The translations under genes were made by a program, and so were the position numbers. From the NCBI GenBank assembly GCA_951406725.2, contig OX597823.1, positions 33,604,001 through 33,668,000 of the forward strand: 64,000 nucleotides of DNA. The letters are read 5' to 3'. Shown here piece by piece: positions 13,511-26,931 of this stretch. Origin of the DNA: Octopus vulgaris (lineage: Eukaryota). The notes under the pieces are model-generated. The model worked only from the letters and a program-made list of their open reading frames with translations. It searched no databases and had not been told where the DNA came from. Position 1 is the stretch's first letter, and each line of letters begins with the position of its first letter.

Positions 13511-14775
13511 AAATCAGAGATTAGTTACCGTTATTGAAAAGTAGCAAAGTAAATAATGGAGAGAAGTCTTTCCCTTTGGCATAGTTAGATTCCAAGGTTT
13601 TTTCCTTCTCCATTTCTACAGATAAACAATAGAAGAATACTTGTTGGGGAATGGTACCACAATTCAACATATCGTAGAATAAGTCTGATTAATTTTATAG
13701 TGAGGAGCCAGAGGCTTTACTATTTAACTATTGTTTAAAAACCATCTCGGCTTTGTTTATCACTGTTGAATGTGTGGGTGTGTATGTGCGTGCGTGTTTT
13801 ATGAGTGTATGAGTACATGTGTGTGTGCGTGTGTGTGTGTGTGTGTGTGTCTGTGTGTGTGTGTGAATAAGAGAGGGAGAGAGAGAGAGAGAGAAGTGAA
13901 AGAGTTATTTTCTCACTGGAATACTGGTTTGCTAAAAAATAACAACATTATCCACTTAACAGTTTGAAGCAAAATTGTATGTTTAAGGTGAAGACAATAC
14001 ACGTGTGTACATATGCACAGACACACACACACACACACACACAGACACACATATGCATACATACATACACATGCACACATATATCATCATCATCATAGTT
14101 AACATTCACTTTTCCATGCTGGCGTGGATCATACAGAATTCATTGGGGGTAGATTTTATACTCTGTCATCAACCCTCACCTGTTTCTATATAGAATAATA
14201 TTTACATATATACATGTATGTGTGTGTGTGTATACACACACACACACACACACACACACTTATATATAATATATAAATCGTAGTAGAGGCCTCATTCTCG
14301 GGACCACTCGTATCTAGAAATTGAGGCTGGGGGTAAGCAAGGGCATGCTCCCCGTAGAAAATCCAGTTCCAAAAATGGCTCAAGATAGCAAAGGAGAATA
14401 GGCACCAACCAGCCCAAAGGTTGGGGTGAGTTGCACCTACCTACCTTGGTTGCTATAGCGTTGAGGTAGATCTGGCCACCCCTGTTAATGGGGACAAAAC
14501 CCAAATTTAAAATACTGGATGATGATGTTAATGATGTATATATATGTATATATATATGTCGTTCATTGCTTGAAATAGTAAGTAGAAAAACAACTGACAA
14601 CTGATGAAGGGTCTTTTTTATGTTGCTTGTCTTGTTTTCATTTGTTTCTTTCATTGTTCACAAAAAAAATTTGTATTCCATGTTTTCATATTTCATGTTG
14701 TTTACATTCTGTGATGTCCTGTGCCTATATATGCATATGTATATACATGTATATGTATGTACATATATGTATGTA

Positions 14776-14838
<63 letters not shown>

Positions 14839-15107
14839 GCATACTCATGGCAGATACTGGTGTCATGCAAATGGCACCTGTGCCAGTAGCACATAAAGCA
14901 CCCATTACACTCTTAGAGTGGTTGGCGTTAGGAAGGGCATCCAGCTGTAGAAACCATGCCAAATCAGACAGGAGTCTGGTGCAGCTTTCCAGCTTATCAG
15001 TCCTGGTCAAACTGTCCAACCCGTGCCAGCATGGATAATGGTATATGATATATAAATGTATATGTTTGTGTATCTATCAATCAATCAATCAACCAATCAA
15101 TCAATCA

Positions 15108-15188
<81 letters not shown>

Positions 15189-15854
15189 CCTGTCTGTCTG
15201 TCTATCAATGTATATATATATATATATATATATATATTTGCAGGAGTGGTTGTGTGGTAAGTATCTTGCTTACCAACCACATGGTTCCTGGTTCTGTCCT
15301 ACTGCATGGCAGCTTTTATCCTTTATTTGTTACATTTGTGAGACTGTGGCCATGCTCGGCACCACCTTGATAAATTTTAGTCAACTCCAGTACTTGCCAT
15401 GTTTCAAGCCTGGTACTTACTCAATTAAACCCATTTGTTGAACTGCTAAGTTACATGGATATAAACACATCGACAATGCTTGTCAAGCAGTGGAGGAGAC
15501 AAAGAAACACACAAAGAAACACACACATACACGCATATATAGATAGATAACAGGCTTCTTTCAGTTTCCACCTACCAAATCCACTCACAAGGCTTTGGTC
15601 AGCAGAAGATGCTTGCCCCAGGTGCCACACAGTAGGACTGAACCAGGAACCATGTAGTTAGAAAGTAAGCTTCTTATCACACAGCCACACCAACGCCTAT
15701 ACATATAAAGAATATGAGGGGTTTAGTTCACTGATGATCTAAACCAATAGGTACACTGAGTAAGTGCTATAATTGGTCATCCATTAGGTTCCAAGTTCAC
15801 AGCTGAAGCTGGAGATAGGGATCCATTGTAGGGTTCTGTGTCAGCAGGAATGCT

Positions 15855-16083
15855 TTAACCCTTTCATTACTGTATTTCTGTTGAGTTGCTCTGTGTTTCT
15901 TTCAATTACTTCAAATATAACAAAGAATTTAGTAAAATAACTTAGTTATCATTCAGCTAGTCTAAGGAACAGAAATTGTGACTAAGGTTTGGTGGAAGAT
16001 TTTAATTCAAAACTTATAGAAACAATACATTTATACTACAGAGCCAGAGATGGTTTCAGCCGGGTTTGTAATGAAAGGGTTAA
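15855..16083. mobile_element. piggyBac-type MITE
   Basis: TTAA-CCCTTTCATTAC ... GTAATGAAAGGG-TTAA. Reverse complement of the 7952-8193 family. Confidence 0.8.
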
Positions 16084-16332
16084 AGGGAAAGGAAAATAAA
16101 ACCAAGGCAAGACGAGTTTCTCAGATCATTTAGAATATTTAATTTAGAGTAAGGTGAATCAAAACTGGAGCAGTAATTAATGTGTTACAGCTGTTTCTGA
16201 GATATCCCAGAAACAGGTGTATGACATTAATTACTTCTACTTCTCAAGTTTTGATTCTCCTTACACTAATTAAATATTCTAAATGACCTGAGGTACTCAT
16301 CCTGCCTTGCTTTTGTTTTCCTTTCCCTTTAA
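16080..16332. mobile_element. Fold-back cassette whose arms begin in stem II of an HHR
   Basis: Imperfect ~120-bp arms around GAGATATCC. Each arm carries GAAA-cag(c/g)tg-TA, the same HHR 3' half as at 32721 and 57431. Confidence 0.65.
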
Positions 16333-16346
16333 TACATATATATATA

Positions 16347-16883
16347 TTAACAGTTATCGCCAAGCTAATATGGCAGTCCATAAATAAAAGACTAAAGCTG
16401 CCATTGATTAACTCCAAGAGGCCATCGCCTCTAGCTAGCTATATGACACATGTGTCCATTATAACCTTCGAACAGGAGAGGTCAGCTGCTTCCCCTTGCT
16501 GGTCAGACATCTGCAGACATGTTTCAGGGTATCTGCCCTTTATCAATGCAGAGTAGCCAGACCCAGCAGGCGCCACTGCGACTGTGTGTTCGAAGGATTA
16601 TTTACCTAATTTCAGTGGAATACATCTACTGGTTTTCAAAAATAGAAATATTAAAATTTCTAAGTCTCTCTAAAGGAGACTACAGCAGCAGTACCGGAAG
16701 GTTATAATGGACACAGGTTCATGTGTCATATAGCTAGCTAGAGGTGATGGCCTCTTGGAGCTAATCAACGGCACCTTTAGTCTTTTATTTATGGACTGCC
16801 ATATTAGCTTGGTGATAACTGTTAATTTCCAGTACTGCTGCCGTAGTCTCCTTTAGAGAGACTTAGAAATTTTAATATTTCTA
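16347..16883 (-). mobile_element. Family-A HHR cassette: one ~355-bp monomer plus an inverted arm, in (TA)n
   Basis: 16347-16470 and 16641-16700 are reverse-complemented in 16698-16883. Degenerate HHR at 16511-16551 (ctgca-TTGATAA-aggg cagata ccct-GAAA-catg-TC-tgcag). Confidence 0.8.
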
Positions 16884-17002
16884 TATATATATATATATAT
16901 TTATATATAGAGCAATAAGAAAATGGAGGAGATCAATAGGTGGTTCATCAACTTTTAGACATTATATTATGTCAACTTAAGCAACAAGGATATTCAGAGG
17001 TA

Positions 17003-17091
17003 ATGCAGTACGATCATTTCATGCAACTCCATTTAATTGAACAATGCAATCATTTCATCAATTTAAAATGTAGAGCAATCTTCAGCTGCAC
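17003..17091 (-). ncRNA. Type-I HHR with long stem II
   Basis: gtgcag-CTGAAGA-(~58-nt hairpin ttgc...gcat)-GAAA-tgatcg-TA-ctgcat. Sister copy at 54426-54523(+). Confidence 0.7.
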
Positions 17092-17567
17092 AAAGACATA
17101 GAATTTTATTAAATTAGAACAGATGGACACATTAGTATAATTATATCTAAAATCTCCAAGAAGTTAAGGAGATAGACAAAGAACATGTTGTACCTACAAC
17201 AGCATAGCCATAACTAAAATTTTCAAGAAGGCACTGCCAGTCACTATTTTTTTTTATGGGGTCATTTTTAATTTATAGACTAGTTTATCAAATCCCTTGT
17301 ATATTTAAGGCTGAGAGAAACAAAGGGCAGTATCTGTTTAGGGTAGGGTTGAGTGAGTAGACATACATTCTCAATGGTATAGTCATAAAAATCAAGATTT
17401 ATTGGAAGTAATGTCATGAGGTCTGGTAAGGGAAAACCTAAAACAAGATTTTAGCTGATAATTAAGGGGTACCCACTAGCAGACTATTGATAATGAAACA
17501 GGGGAAGTCTTATCATGTAGCACTATATTTAAATACTTTAAAACCTTGTATCTCATGCCTGCATGGA

Positions 17568-17598
17568 TCATCATCATCGATGTCATCATCATCACCAC

Positions 17599-17633
<35 letters not shown>

Positions 17634-17810
17634 CCACCACCACCACCACCACCACCGTCATCCTCACCACCACCACCACCACCACCACCACCACCTCCAC
17701 CACCACTACCACAACCACCACCACCACCACCACCACCACCACCACCACCATCATCACCACCACCACCACCACCATCACCATCACCATCGTCACCATCATC
17801 ATCATTGATG
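17568..17810. repeat. (CAT)n/(CAC)n compound microsatellite at a SINE tail
   Basis: Direct reading. It explains the poly-His/Pro/Thr ORFs. Confidence 0.9.
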
Positions 17811-18356
17811 TCATTTAATGTTCGTCTTCTCATGCTTGCATGGGTCAACCAGCATTTGTTAAGGCAGATTTCCCACCTTCTTGTTGCTCACCCTCCTCAC
17901 CTGTGTTTCCAGGCAAAGTGATATGTCCTTTTGGACAGACATGTTTCCTTTTCTTCCATACAAGACTGGAATCAGACAACGTTGCTTATTTACAACCATC
18001 TCATGATGTCAAGACAAGGATACGCACAGGTACATGCAAGCACGTACACACACATATCTATATTTATGCATCTCTCTCTCTCTCTCTTTTTCTCCCTCTC
18101 TCCTCTCTCTCTCTTGATATATATATTCTTTTATTCTTTTATTTGTTTCAGTCATTTAACTGTGGCCATGCTAGAGCACCACCTTTAGTCAAACAAATCA
18201 ACCCCAGGACTTATTCTTTGTAAGCCTAGTACTTATTCTATCGGTCTCTTTTACCAAACCGCTTAGTTACGGGGATGTAAACACACCAGCATTGGTTGTC
18301 AAACGATGTTGGTGAGACAAACAGACACACAAACATATACACACACACATACATAC

Positions 18357-18400
<44 letters not shown>

Positions 18401-18403
<3 letters not shown>

Positions 18404-19150
18404 GGTTGTATACTGTCAATCTAACAAGAACGTGACAGTAGGGGGTACACCACCGTTATATAGCCCTAGGAGGCATCGAACGCCTCCTGACAGCTCGACA
18501 CATTTTATCCTGTGTCCTTATATACACATACGAAGGGGAGACAAACACCCCCAACTGCCGGAACTGCATCTAGGGACACCGTGTTTCAGGATCATCGGCC
18601 TAGAGTAGCAGACACCGGTCAGCTGGCGATGTCTGTCTCGACTTCGTATCTGTATATATCTATAGTCAGTGAAGTCTATTCACTGATTATCAAAATAAGA
18701 AATATTGAGTTTCTAAATCTCTCGTAGAGAGGTGTACGGTGGTGGAGCGATATAATGGTTGTATACTGTCAATCTAACAAGAACGTGACAGTAGGGGGTA
18801 CACCACCGTTATATAGCCCTAGGAGGCATCGAACGCCTCCTGACAGCTCGACACATTTTATCCTGTGTCCTTATATACACATACGAAGGGGAGACAAACA
18901 CCCCCAACTGCCGGAACTGCATCTAGGTGCAGTTCCGGCAGTTGGGGGTGTTTGTCTCCCTTCGTATGTGTATATAAGGACACAGGATAAAATGTGTCGA
19001 GCTGTCAGGAGGCGTTCGATGCCTCCTAGGGCTATATAACGGTGGTGTACCCCCTACTGTCACGTTCTTGTTAGATTGACAGTATACAACCATTATATCG
19101 CTCCACCACCGTACACCTCTCTACGAGAGATTTAGAAACTCAATATTTCT
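18401..19150 (-). mobile_element. Young family-A HHR cassette: 1.5 x 353-bp tandem plus ~224-bp fold-back, in (TA)n
   Basis: Identical direct repeat starting at 18401 and 18754. Palindrome 18698-19150 (one 1-nt indel seen). HHR-like motif at 18570-18603 (ctagg-CCGATGA-tcct-GAAA-cacggtg-TC-cctag). Confidence 0.85.
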
Positions 19151-19617
19151 ATATATATATATATATATATACATATATGGAGATATATATATGGAGGTGC
19201 AATCTATGTGGGTGTCTTTTCAGAACATTGTCTGGTTTAAAAAGCCACATTAGATGCCATGATGGCGCTAAGGTGTTGGTGCAGGAGGTGGTCAAACTGT
19301 ATAAGGAGTAGACCACCACCATGTATGTATGTAAGTATGCATGAATGTATCTCCAGCCAAATGTTTATGTCTTTCCTATAAAATATATGAAGCCATGCTT
19401 CAAATACTGACGTTGCCCCCCTCCCCTTTCTATTCCTTGGCAGCTTCTTGTGGCTATGGACACTTAAAATTGATAGCTATATAGAAGAGAGGGGAAAGCC
19501 TTTCTATTAGATAAACTGGCTGAATGCAAACAACAACAACAGCAACAAGAGAAAGGAATATACCTCAGCCTCCTGAGTAGTTATAGAGATGAAACCTAAT
19601 TTGATCTCCATCACTTC

Positions 19618-19704
19618 ATGACTGCCTCCTCCCCCCACATTCACCCTACTGACATCAACTCTGTAGAAGGTGAAGCTAAAACTCGGCCACATCAACCTGG
19701 CAAG
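19618..19704 (+). CDS. Candidate alternative first coding exon (MTASSPHIHPTDINSVEGEAKTRPHQPGK), phase-0 donor
   Basis: ATG preceded by an in-frame stop (19597). Ends AAG|GTTAGG in the same phase as exon 1. Non-repetitive context. SVEGEAKT weakly resembles the SAEAETQT segment of PDE8 N-termini. Confidence 0.25.
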
Positions 19705-19790
19705 GTTAGGAGGCCTTTGTTAATGTTACACATACACTATTCACTGCCGATAATATCATTTTATTTGTGTGTGTGTGTGTGTGCGCGCGC

Positions 19791-19824
<34 letters not shown>

Positions 19825-19849
19825 TTGTGCTTATAGATATAGATAACAC

Positions 19850-19896
<47 letters not shown>

Positions 19897-20529
19897 ATAA
19901 AACTTTTTGGGAAATGGATGCATGGCATTCGATCATATAGTAATATAAATAATATATAAATGTATGCATAGAAACTGTTTGTTTCTTCTGTTTTGTTCTT
20001 ACTGTCCTGTTTTTGTTACCACTTTAACCCTCCGCAAAAAATCCCAAATTTTATTTAATTTGCTTTATGGGAAGGACTGTTTAAACAAAGTCGCGTGTTG
20101 TCCCTACCTTCAAAACGCAGAGTAGATAAAACAGGGGACAACTGATGAAGAGATTGTTCTTTATGTTGCCTGTCTCGTTTCTCTATTTGTTTCTTTCGCT
20201 GTTTGAAAAAAGTTTGTTTTCTATGTTTTTGTTTTTTATGTTCTCGTTTCTCATTTTGTTCACATTTTTTTTTATGTCTTGTACCCATATATGCATGTAT
20301 ATATACATATATATGTAGGTATGTACATATATGTATGTATATATGCATATATTCATATATTATCTATCTATCTATTTATCTATCTAGCTATCTATCTGTC
20401 TATCTATCTATCTATCTATCTCTCTATCTGTCTGTCTGTCTGTCCGTCCGTCCATCCGTCCATCCATCCATCCATCCATCATCCATCCATCCATCCATCC
20501 ATCCATCCATCTATCTATCTATCTATCTA

Positions 20530-20623
<94 letters not shown>

Positions 20624-21305
20624 TATATATAATACAAATAGGATGTAGATAGGATTATAATCGAAGCTGAATTCTAATGACAAATATATATATACATAAA
20701 TGTCTCAAGTGTAACTGTCTGAAACTGTAAGGACATCTGGTAACTTGATTGACAAAAGAAGGCTACGAATTACCCATCCTTTTTTTCCTATCCCTCTAAT
20801 TATTGTTTTTCCTGTCTACCTTTGTATTGTCTATCTATCCAGGTGTTTTATTGTCCTCTATTGCATTTTTGTTCCAGTATTTATATATATATATATATAT
20901 CTTATAGTAGGGTAGTCTGATTTATGGGATTACCCTGGGTTTCTTGCTTATATATATATATATATATATATATACTTATGTCAATCTATCTTTGCATATG
21001 TGTGTGTGTGTATAGGAGAAATCATGATAAATGCAATTTATGGCATTCCCTGTATACATGTTACCATTGTGGTTATTTCCAACCACTGCACTGGGTGTTT
21101 CAAGTGTAACTGGATGTTGAACTGCAACATATCACCAGGGGAACACTTTATTGCATAACATTGCAGACATCAAAGGCCACTCTACCGAACACATTGAATT
21201 CTGTATCAGATAATGTTTGCACTGTGTGAAATATATTTTCAATATATTTTAGAGTAACTACATTATCATACATATGTATATTTGTGTGTACACGTGTGTG
21301 ATTTG

Positions 21306-21324
<19 letters not shown>

Positions 21325-21336
<12 letters not shown>

Positions 21337-21450
21337 GCATATATGGGTACAGGACATCAAAAAAAAAAACGTTGAACACAATTTATTGTGAATAATAATA
21401 ATTGTGTTCAACGTTTTTTGATGTCCTGTACCCATATATGCATGTATATA
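21325..21450. repeat. Inverted-repeat end of a repeat family also present at about 14560-14770 and 19975-20345
   Basis: catgcatatatgggtacaggacatcaaaaa...aacgttgaacacaatt and its reverse complement. Shares the gtacccatatatgcatg terminus with 20280. Confidence 0.6.
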
Positions 21451-21977
21451 TACATATATATGTAGGTATGTACATATATGTATGTATATATGTATATATT
21501 TATCAGGCTGTGATCAGCCTGAGGCTACAGTAGAAGCCTCAAGGTGCCACACAGTAGGACTGAACCCAGGAACAAGTTATTAGGAAGCAAACGCTTTAAC
21601 CACATAGACATGTCTATGCCTTCTTAACCACACAGACACACAGACACACATATATATATATATTAAAGTAAGATCACAGCTATGCATGTCCGGGCCAGTT
21701 AAGAGTATCCCTGATATGTTGGGCGATATGATATGCTTGAGAAGACCTGTTGAGTCAAGTAAAACCAATATCGTAGCTGTGGCCAGTGTCCCCTGACTGG
21801 CCCCCGTGCTGGTGGCATGTAAAAAGCATGCACTACTCTCTCAGGCGGTTGGCGTTAGGAAGGGCATCCAGCTGTAGAAACACAGCCAGATCAGATTGGA
21901 GCCTGGTGCAGCCACTGGCTCTCCAGACCTCAGTCAAACCGTCCAACCCATGCCAGCATGGAAAATGGGCGTTAAAC

Positions 21978-22009
<32 letters not shown>

Positions 22010-22859
22010 GGTTATAGTAATAATTTACACACCAACAAACCCAAACACATGCACACACCAAATATATATGTTTTTCGTTCTAATTGCTCTGCCTTGAAAG
22101 AAAAAATTATAACATTACTAAAATCCAACATGTTTCGTCAGTAGACTTTTCACTGTGTGGCCACAAGCCAACAAAAATATATCTTCTTATATAATGCTGT
22201 ACATATCATTAGACTGAATGTTGATAATGTCACGGTTGTGTAGGCAGGAGGGCATATTTCTAAGAAAGTATCTTCAGCAAGGTGAAAAAGAATTTTATCT
22301 TTAAATATTTCAGATATGGGAGTAAAAGTCCATTAGGTATGGGTTTTATTTAGTATTTCTTTTTTTTTTTTTTTTGTAGTGTCCTAAGCAATTAGAGGTT
22401 AGATCTTGTTCTTACTTCAACCAGTTTTTCTCTTTAAAACCAAGATGAATCTCTAGAAATTCTATTTATTGAGTTTTGAGCTCATGAAGTATCTTCATCT
22501 CCACCAGTCACCTCATTGGTCGTTTGATAAAAATATTGTTGTGCTTCCAAAGTAAATATTGGTCTTTCATAGATGACCAATATATTACATGTTACTTTTT
22601 CACTTTTAATGTTGCTTCTATCTCTCATGCCTTCATCCACTGAATATAATGTGTAGGCTTCACTAGTGTGCAAAGGTGGTGGAGGTGGTGGTGGGTTTTA
22701 GTTGAGAATCAATACAGTAAATATTAACCTGTGGAAGTTTGTTACTGTACCTCAAGAAGAAACCTGTCAGATTTTTCACAAAAGCAATGAGAAAAACATT
22801 ATAGATGTTTCCTAAACTTCCAGGAGATTTTTATGTTTTAACGCTTTAAATGTTCACTT

Positions 22860-23185
22860 AAGAAGGTCTAAATTTTGAAGCTTGGCTCAAGGTCCACAGT
22901 CCAGTACTGTTGTAAGGGGCGTATCTAGTTCTAGTCAAAAGTTTAGTGTTTAGTGTTGGCTCAAGCCCCATGTTTATTGTTTAAAGTTCAGTGACATGTT
23001 CTGTTTTAGGGGCCTGTATCTAGGTCTTGTTTAGGGACCAGAAATTATCACTAGTTTCAAGTTGAGTGTTTAGCCCCTGATCAAGGTCCATTGTCTAGCT
23101 CTGGTTTAAGGTCCATGGTTTGCTTGGGTTTAAGGTCCGGCATTTGTTTCTGTTTCAGGGATCAGGGTCTAACTATGGTGAGATA
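22860..23185. repeat. Diverged ~24-bp minisatellite
   Basis: Recurrent tgg(c/t)t(c/t)aaggtcca...tctag units. Confidence 0.5.
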
Positions 23186-24339
23186 TCTGTATAGGATCAT
23201 TTATACTTTGGAGAAATATCCCTATTTATATAGTTATACATTAGCGAGATAAAATAAATGAAATTGGGAACTCAGGGAGCTCAAAGGCCATAGGTTAGTG
23301 TGTATATACATGTTGTGTGTGTGTGTGTGTGTGTGTGTGGCATGTTTCAATTTCATTCAGATGAGGCATGGAAGAAATAATTAACCTTCATCTCTAAAGC
23401 TCAAAGTTGGTTGCAGCCTAACATTATGTTACCAATCTGCACCACTGTCTCCATTGAACTGGTGCTGCCAACTTTGAAGCTAAGCCGTGATGCAAGGCAA
23501 ACACCCTGAATGATGTTTTATGCCTTAAACATACACTAAGTTAGATGGTACTGCAAGGGCCTGGAGATCTCTCAAGCTTATTTGGCAATTTCCTACGTTC
23601 TCATATGAGCTCAATTGTTTTGACTTCATTTTGCCACTGGATATATTTTGTCAAAACAAGAGAACAAATCGGATGTGGACACAACTCTTTCTCATTATGG
23701 AAAACCCCTTCACTAGGCTTTTGCATGCGTCTGGACCATTGTGAAATTTAACAGGTAAACTATCTTAGTGAGATTATAGAATAGATCCAGAGATAGAGTG
23801 GACAAATGTTGGTGTAGTACATGTGGCTTTGGTTATCTCTGATTTATTCATCACTGATCAAGTATAACAATTATGAACCATGTTACACTTATCATGGATT
23901 GGTCTGTAATAAATCTGCATCAGTGATCAGTCATAGATTCTACTTGTACCAGAAAGATGCACCCCAGTAAACACCCACAATGCTCAGCTGCACTCCAGAA
24001 TTCACTCACTAGCACTTGTGTTTACTCAACCGTACTGTGATGCTGAGTATTTTTTATTCAGATTTTTGTAGCGATACTCATCAACACAAGGTTTCAGTGA
24101 ACAAGGGAACATATAAAGGTACCCAACTTTAGCAAATGATGCAGACAAAAGTATTCTGTAAAAGGAAAGGTTGAAATGATGAAGAAAATATGTAACAGTG
24201 GGTCACAAGTTTCACTGTTGAAGGTCTCAAGTTTTGTGTCAATGAATCTACCACATTCCTTTTACAAAATACATCAAGGTTATTCATTTATCACTGATTT
24301 ACCACTGATCTTTTCCTAATGAAATGCCTGTGATAAGTG

Positions 24340-24830
24340 AGGATAGATGTATTAGAATATGGTGAGACAGTGATGTTGATCCAGAGATACTATGGAAAGG
24401 TACTATATTATAAGGAGTTACTACGCTATATCATATTAAAATACTATATGATAGGGTGACAGTGGTATAAATCTAAGGATGCTATTGTCAGATAGAGGTG
24501 TAGTATTAGTTATATTATAGCAAGATAGTGATATAGATCAATAGATACAGTCAGTACAATAGTGCTGTAGTACTAGTTATAATATAGTGAGATAGTATTT
24601 TAGACTTATAAATACTATTAGAAAGGTGGTGGTATAAATCCATCAATACTACTAAAAGATGGTGAGATAGAGTTGTTGATTCAGAGATATTAGATTAAGA
24701 TTGTAGTGCAGATCCATGGATGCTGTTTGTGAGAGAGTGGTGTAGAGCTATAGACACAATCAGTGAGATAGTGTGGATCCATAGATATTAGAGTGGAATG
24801 TAGAGTGAAAGAGTTAACCAAAATAACTGC
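24340..24830. repeat. Diverged minisatellite
   Basis: Recurrent gagatagtg...gatccatagatactat units. Confidence 0.5.
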
Positions 24831-26284
24831 ATTACTAATCAATAGCAGGAGGAGGAGACCAAGTGGAAATGCTGTAGCACAATCCAAAATATCAGTAGGG
24901 ATGTCAGCATGACCTTGGTGAGGGAGATAATGGTTCAGTCTTTATATTTATATGATGTTGTCTTGTTCAAGACTAGACACGGGATCTCGTAACTGGATAG
25001 AATTATAGCATCTTATGAGTGATAATTATCATCACCGTCAACATCACCACCACCACCACTACCACCACCACTGCTGCCACCACCACCACCACCACAACTA
25101 TCATTGATCTCATTCTTTTACTTAATGTAAATCCCACACTGTTTCTTGTTTTCCTTTATATTCCACTTAGGTTCCATCTCTAAAATCTTGGACTCCTTCG
25201 ACAGTAACAGAAATTATTGTTATTATTATTATTATTATTATTATAATTATTATTATTATCATTATTATTATTATTATTTATTTAAGTTGATGAGTTGGCA
25301 GAATTGTTAGCACGTCGGGTGCAATGCTAAGTGGTATTTCACCTGTTGCTACATTCTGAGTTCAAATTCTGCTGAAGTCATCTTTACCTTTCATCCTTTT
25401 GGGGTCAATATATTAAGTACCAGTTGTACACTGAGGTTGATGTAATCGATGAGTCCCCTCCTCACCAAATTTCAGGCCTTGTGACTATAATAGAAAGGAT
25501 TATTAGTATTAGTAGTAGTAGTTGTAGTAATAGTAGTAGTAGTTGTAGTAATAGTAGTAGTAGTTGTTTTAGTAAGGTGGCACGCCTACAAAATTGTTAG
25601 CACATTGGATAAATGTTTTGCAGTATTTCTTTAGATTTTACATTCTGAGTTCAAATTCTGCCAAGGTGTTCTTAACATTAGGGTAATAGGATTTGACCAG
25701 ATTGGAAAATATAAAGATTTGTTCATTGAAATTGAAAAACTGTGTCATCTCATGCTGGTTACAATACCAGTGATTGTCAATCAATAAATTTTGGTCTTTT
25801 GCAACAATATCTGCTCTATTAGCTTTTATGGTTCTGTCTGTATGCACTGGAAAGTCCCAAAGAACTGTGACATTTTCTCCCTTAGTTACAGCCTCAGGTT
25901 GATGGTTATACCATTTGTCAACAGTTTTTGTTTTATAATACCAACATTTGAACCAGTATAGATATTGGCCAACTCAACTATCTCTTCATTTATACTCCAC
26001 TGGTGCTAAAATTTTACATCCAGAGATTAGGTGTTCCACGGTTTCAATCCCATTGTTGCAGAATCAGCATTTTGGACTTACTCTGTTTTTCATCATAATT
26101 ACTTGATAAATTCCAGCTCAATAAGCTTTGATCTTGAGCAGCTAAGATGAAGCCTTCTCTCTCTCTGCTTTTTAGCCCTGAACTTCTTAGGCTCTGATGG
26201 ATATGCTTCTGATCAACATCAACTTGTTTACTTTGGGTCAAATTTTGCCCTGCAGAAGTTGTTGCACCCTCCTATCAGCCAATT

Positions 26285-26582
26285 CAATTCTATATTTAAG
26301 AGATGAGGAATTATTTACGCTATTTACATTATTTACATTTGACGGATATTTGTCCTCATCTTGTTTGTTGTTAACACATTTCGGCTGATATACCCTCCAG
26401 CCTTCATCAGGTGTCTTGGGGGAAATTTCGAACCTGGGTTCTCATTCCTAAGGTATTTTTCGATGTTGTTGTTGTTGTTATTATTATTATCATTATTATT
26501 ATTAAGGTCACTGCCTGGAATTGAACTCAGAATCTTGGGGTTAGTATCCTGCACTATTAACCACTATGCCATATACCCATGG
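26285..26582 (-). mobile_element. tRNA-head/(AAT)n/HHR composite element
   Basis: Minus strand: TGGCATAGTGG A box, GAGTTCAATTCC B box, (AAT/AAC)n, then gacac-CTGATGA-a-ggctg...cagcc-GAAA (26373-26415). Confidence 0.8.
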
Positions 26583-26665
26583 CGTAGCAGTGCAGTTTCA
26601 TTTTATCTTGACTTATATTGTGAGCAGAAGACCATCAACTGGTTTGAGTTGCCATATATGGAGCA

Positions 26666-26742
26666 CCACAGGCATATGGCGTAGTGGTTAAGAGCGCAGG
26701 CTACTAACCCCAAGATTCTGAATTCAATTCTAGGCAGTGGCC

Positions 26743-26796
<54 letters not shown>

Positions 26797-26931
26797 TAAT
26801 AATAACAACATCGGAAAATACCTTAGGAATGAGAACCCAGGTTCGAAATTTCCGCCAAGACACCTGATAAAGGCCAAAACGTGTTAACAACAAACAAAAT
26901 GAGGACAAATATCCATCAAATGTAAATAATG
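26666..26931 (+). mobile_element. tRNA-head/(AAT)n/HHR composite element (HHR internally deleted)
   Basis: TGGCGTAGTGGTTAAGAGCGC...GAATTCAATTCT, then (AAT)n, then gacacCTGATAAaggccAAAAcgtgtt. Confidence 0.8.

Noticed and set aside
20059-20160. HHR-like motif gaagg...ccttc-AAAA-cgcagag-TA plus a downstream CTGATGA (also near 14600)
   Set aside because: The core is too degenerate (TTTATGG, AAAA) and stem I is not supported. It may be a decayed HHR but is not callable.
26670-26745. tRNA gene call for the tRNA-like heads (also 50180-50252)
   Set aside because: The cloverleaf is imperfect and the head is always fused to (AAT)n and the HHR body, so it is a SINE-like head and not a functional tRNA.
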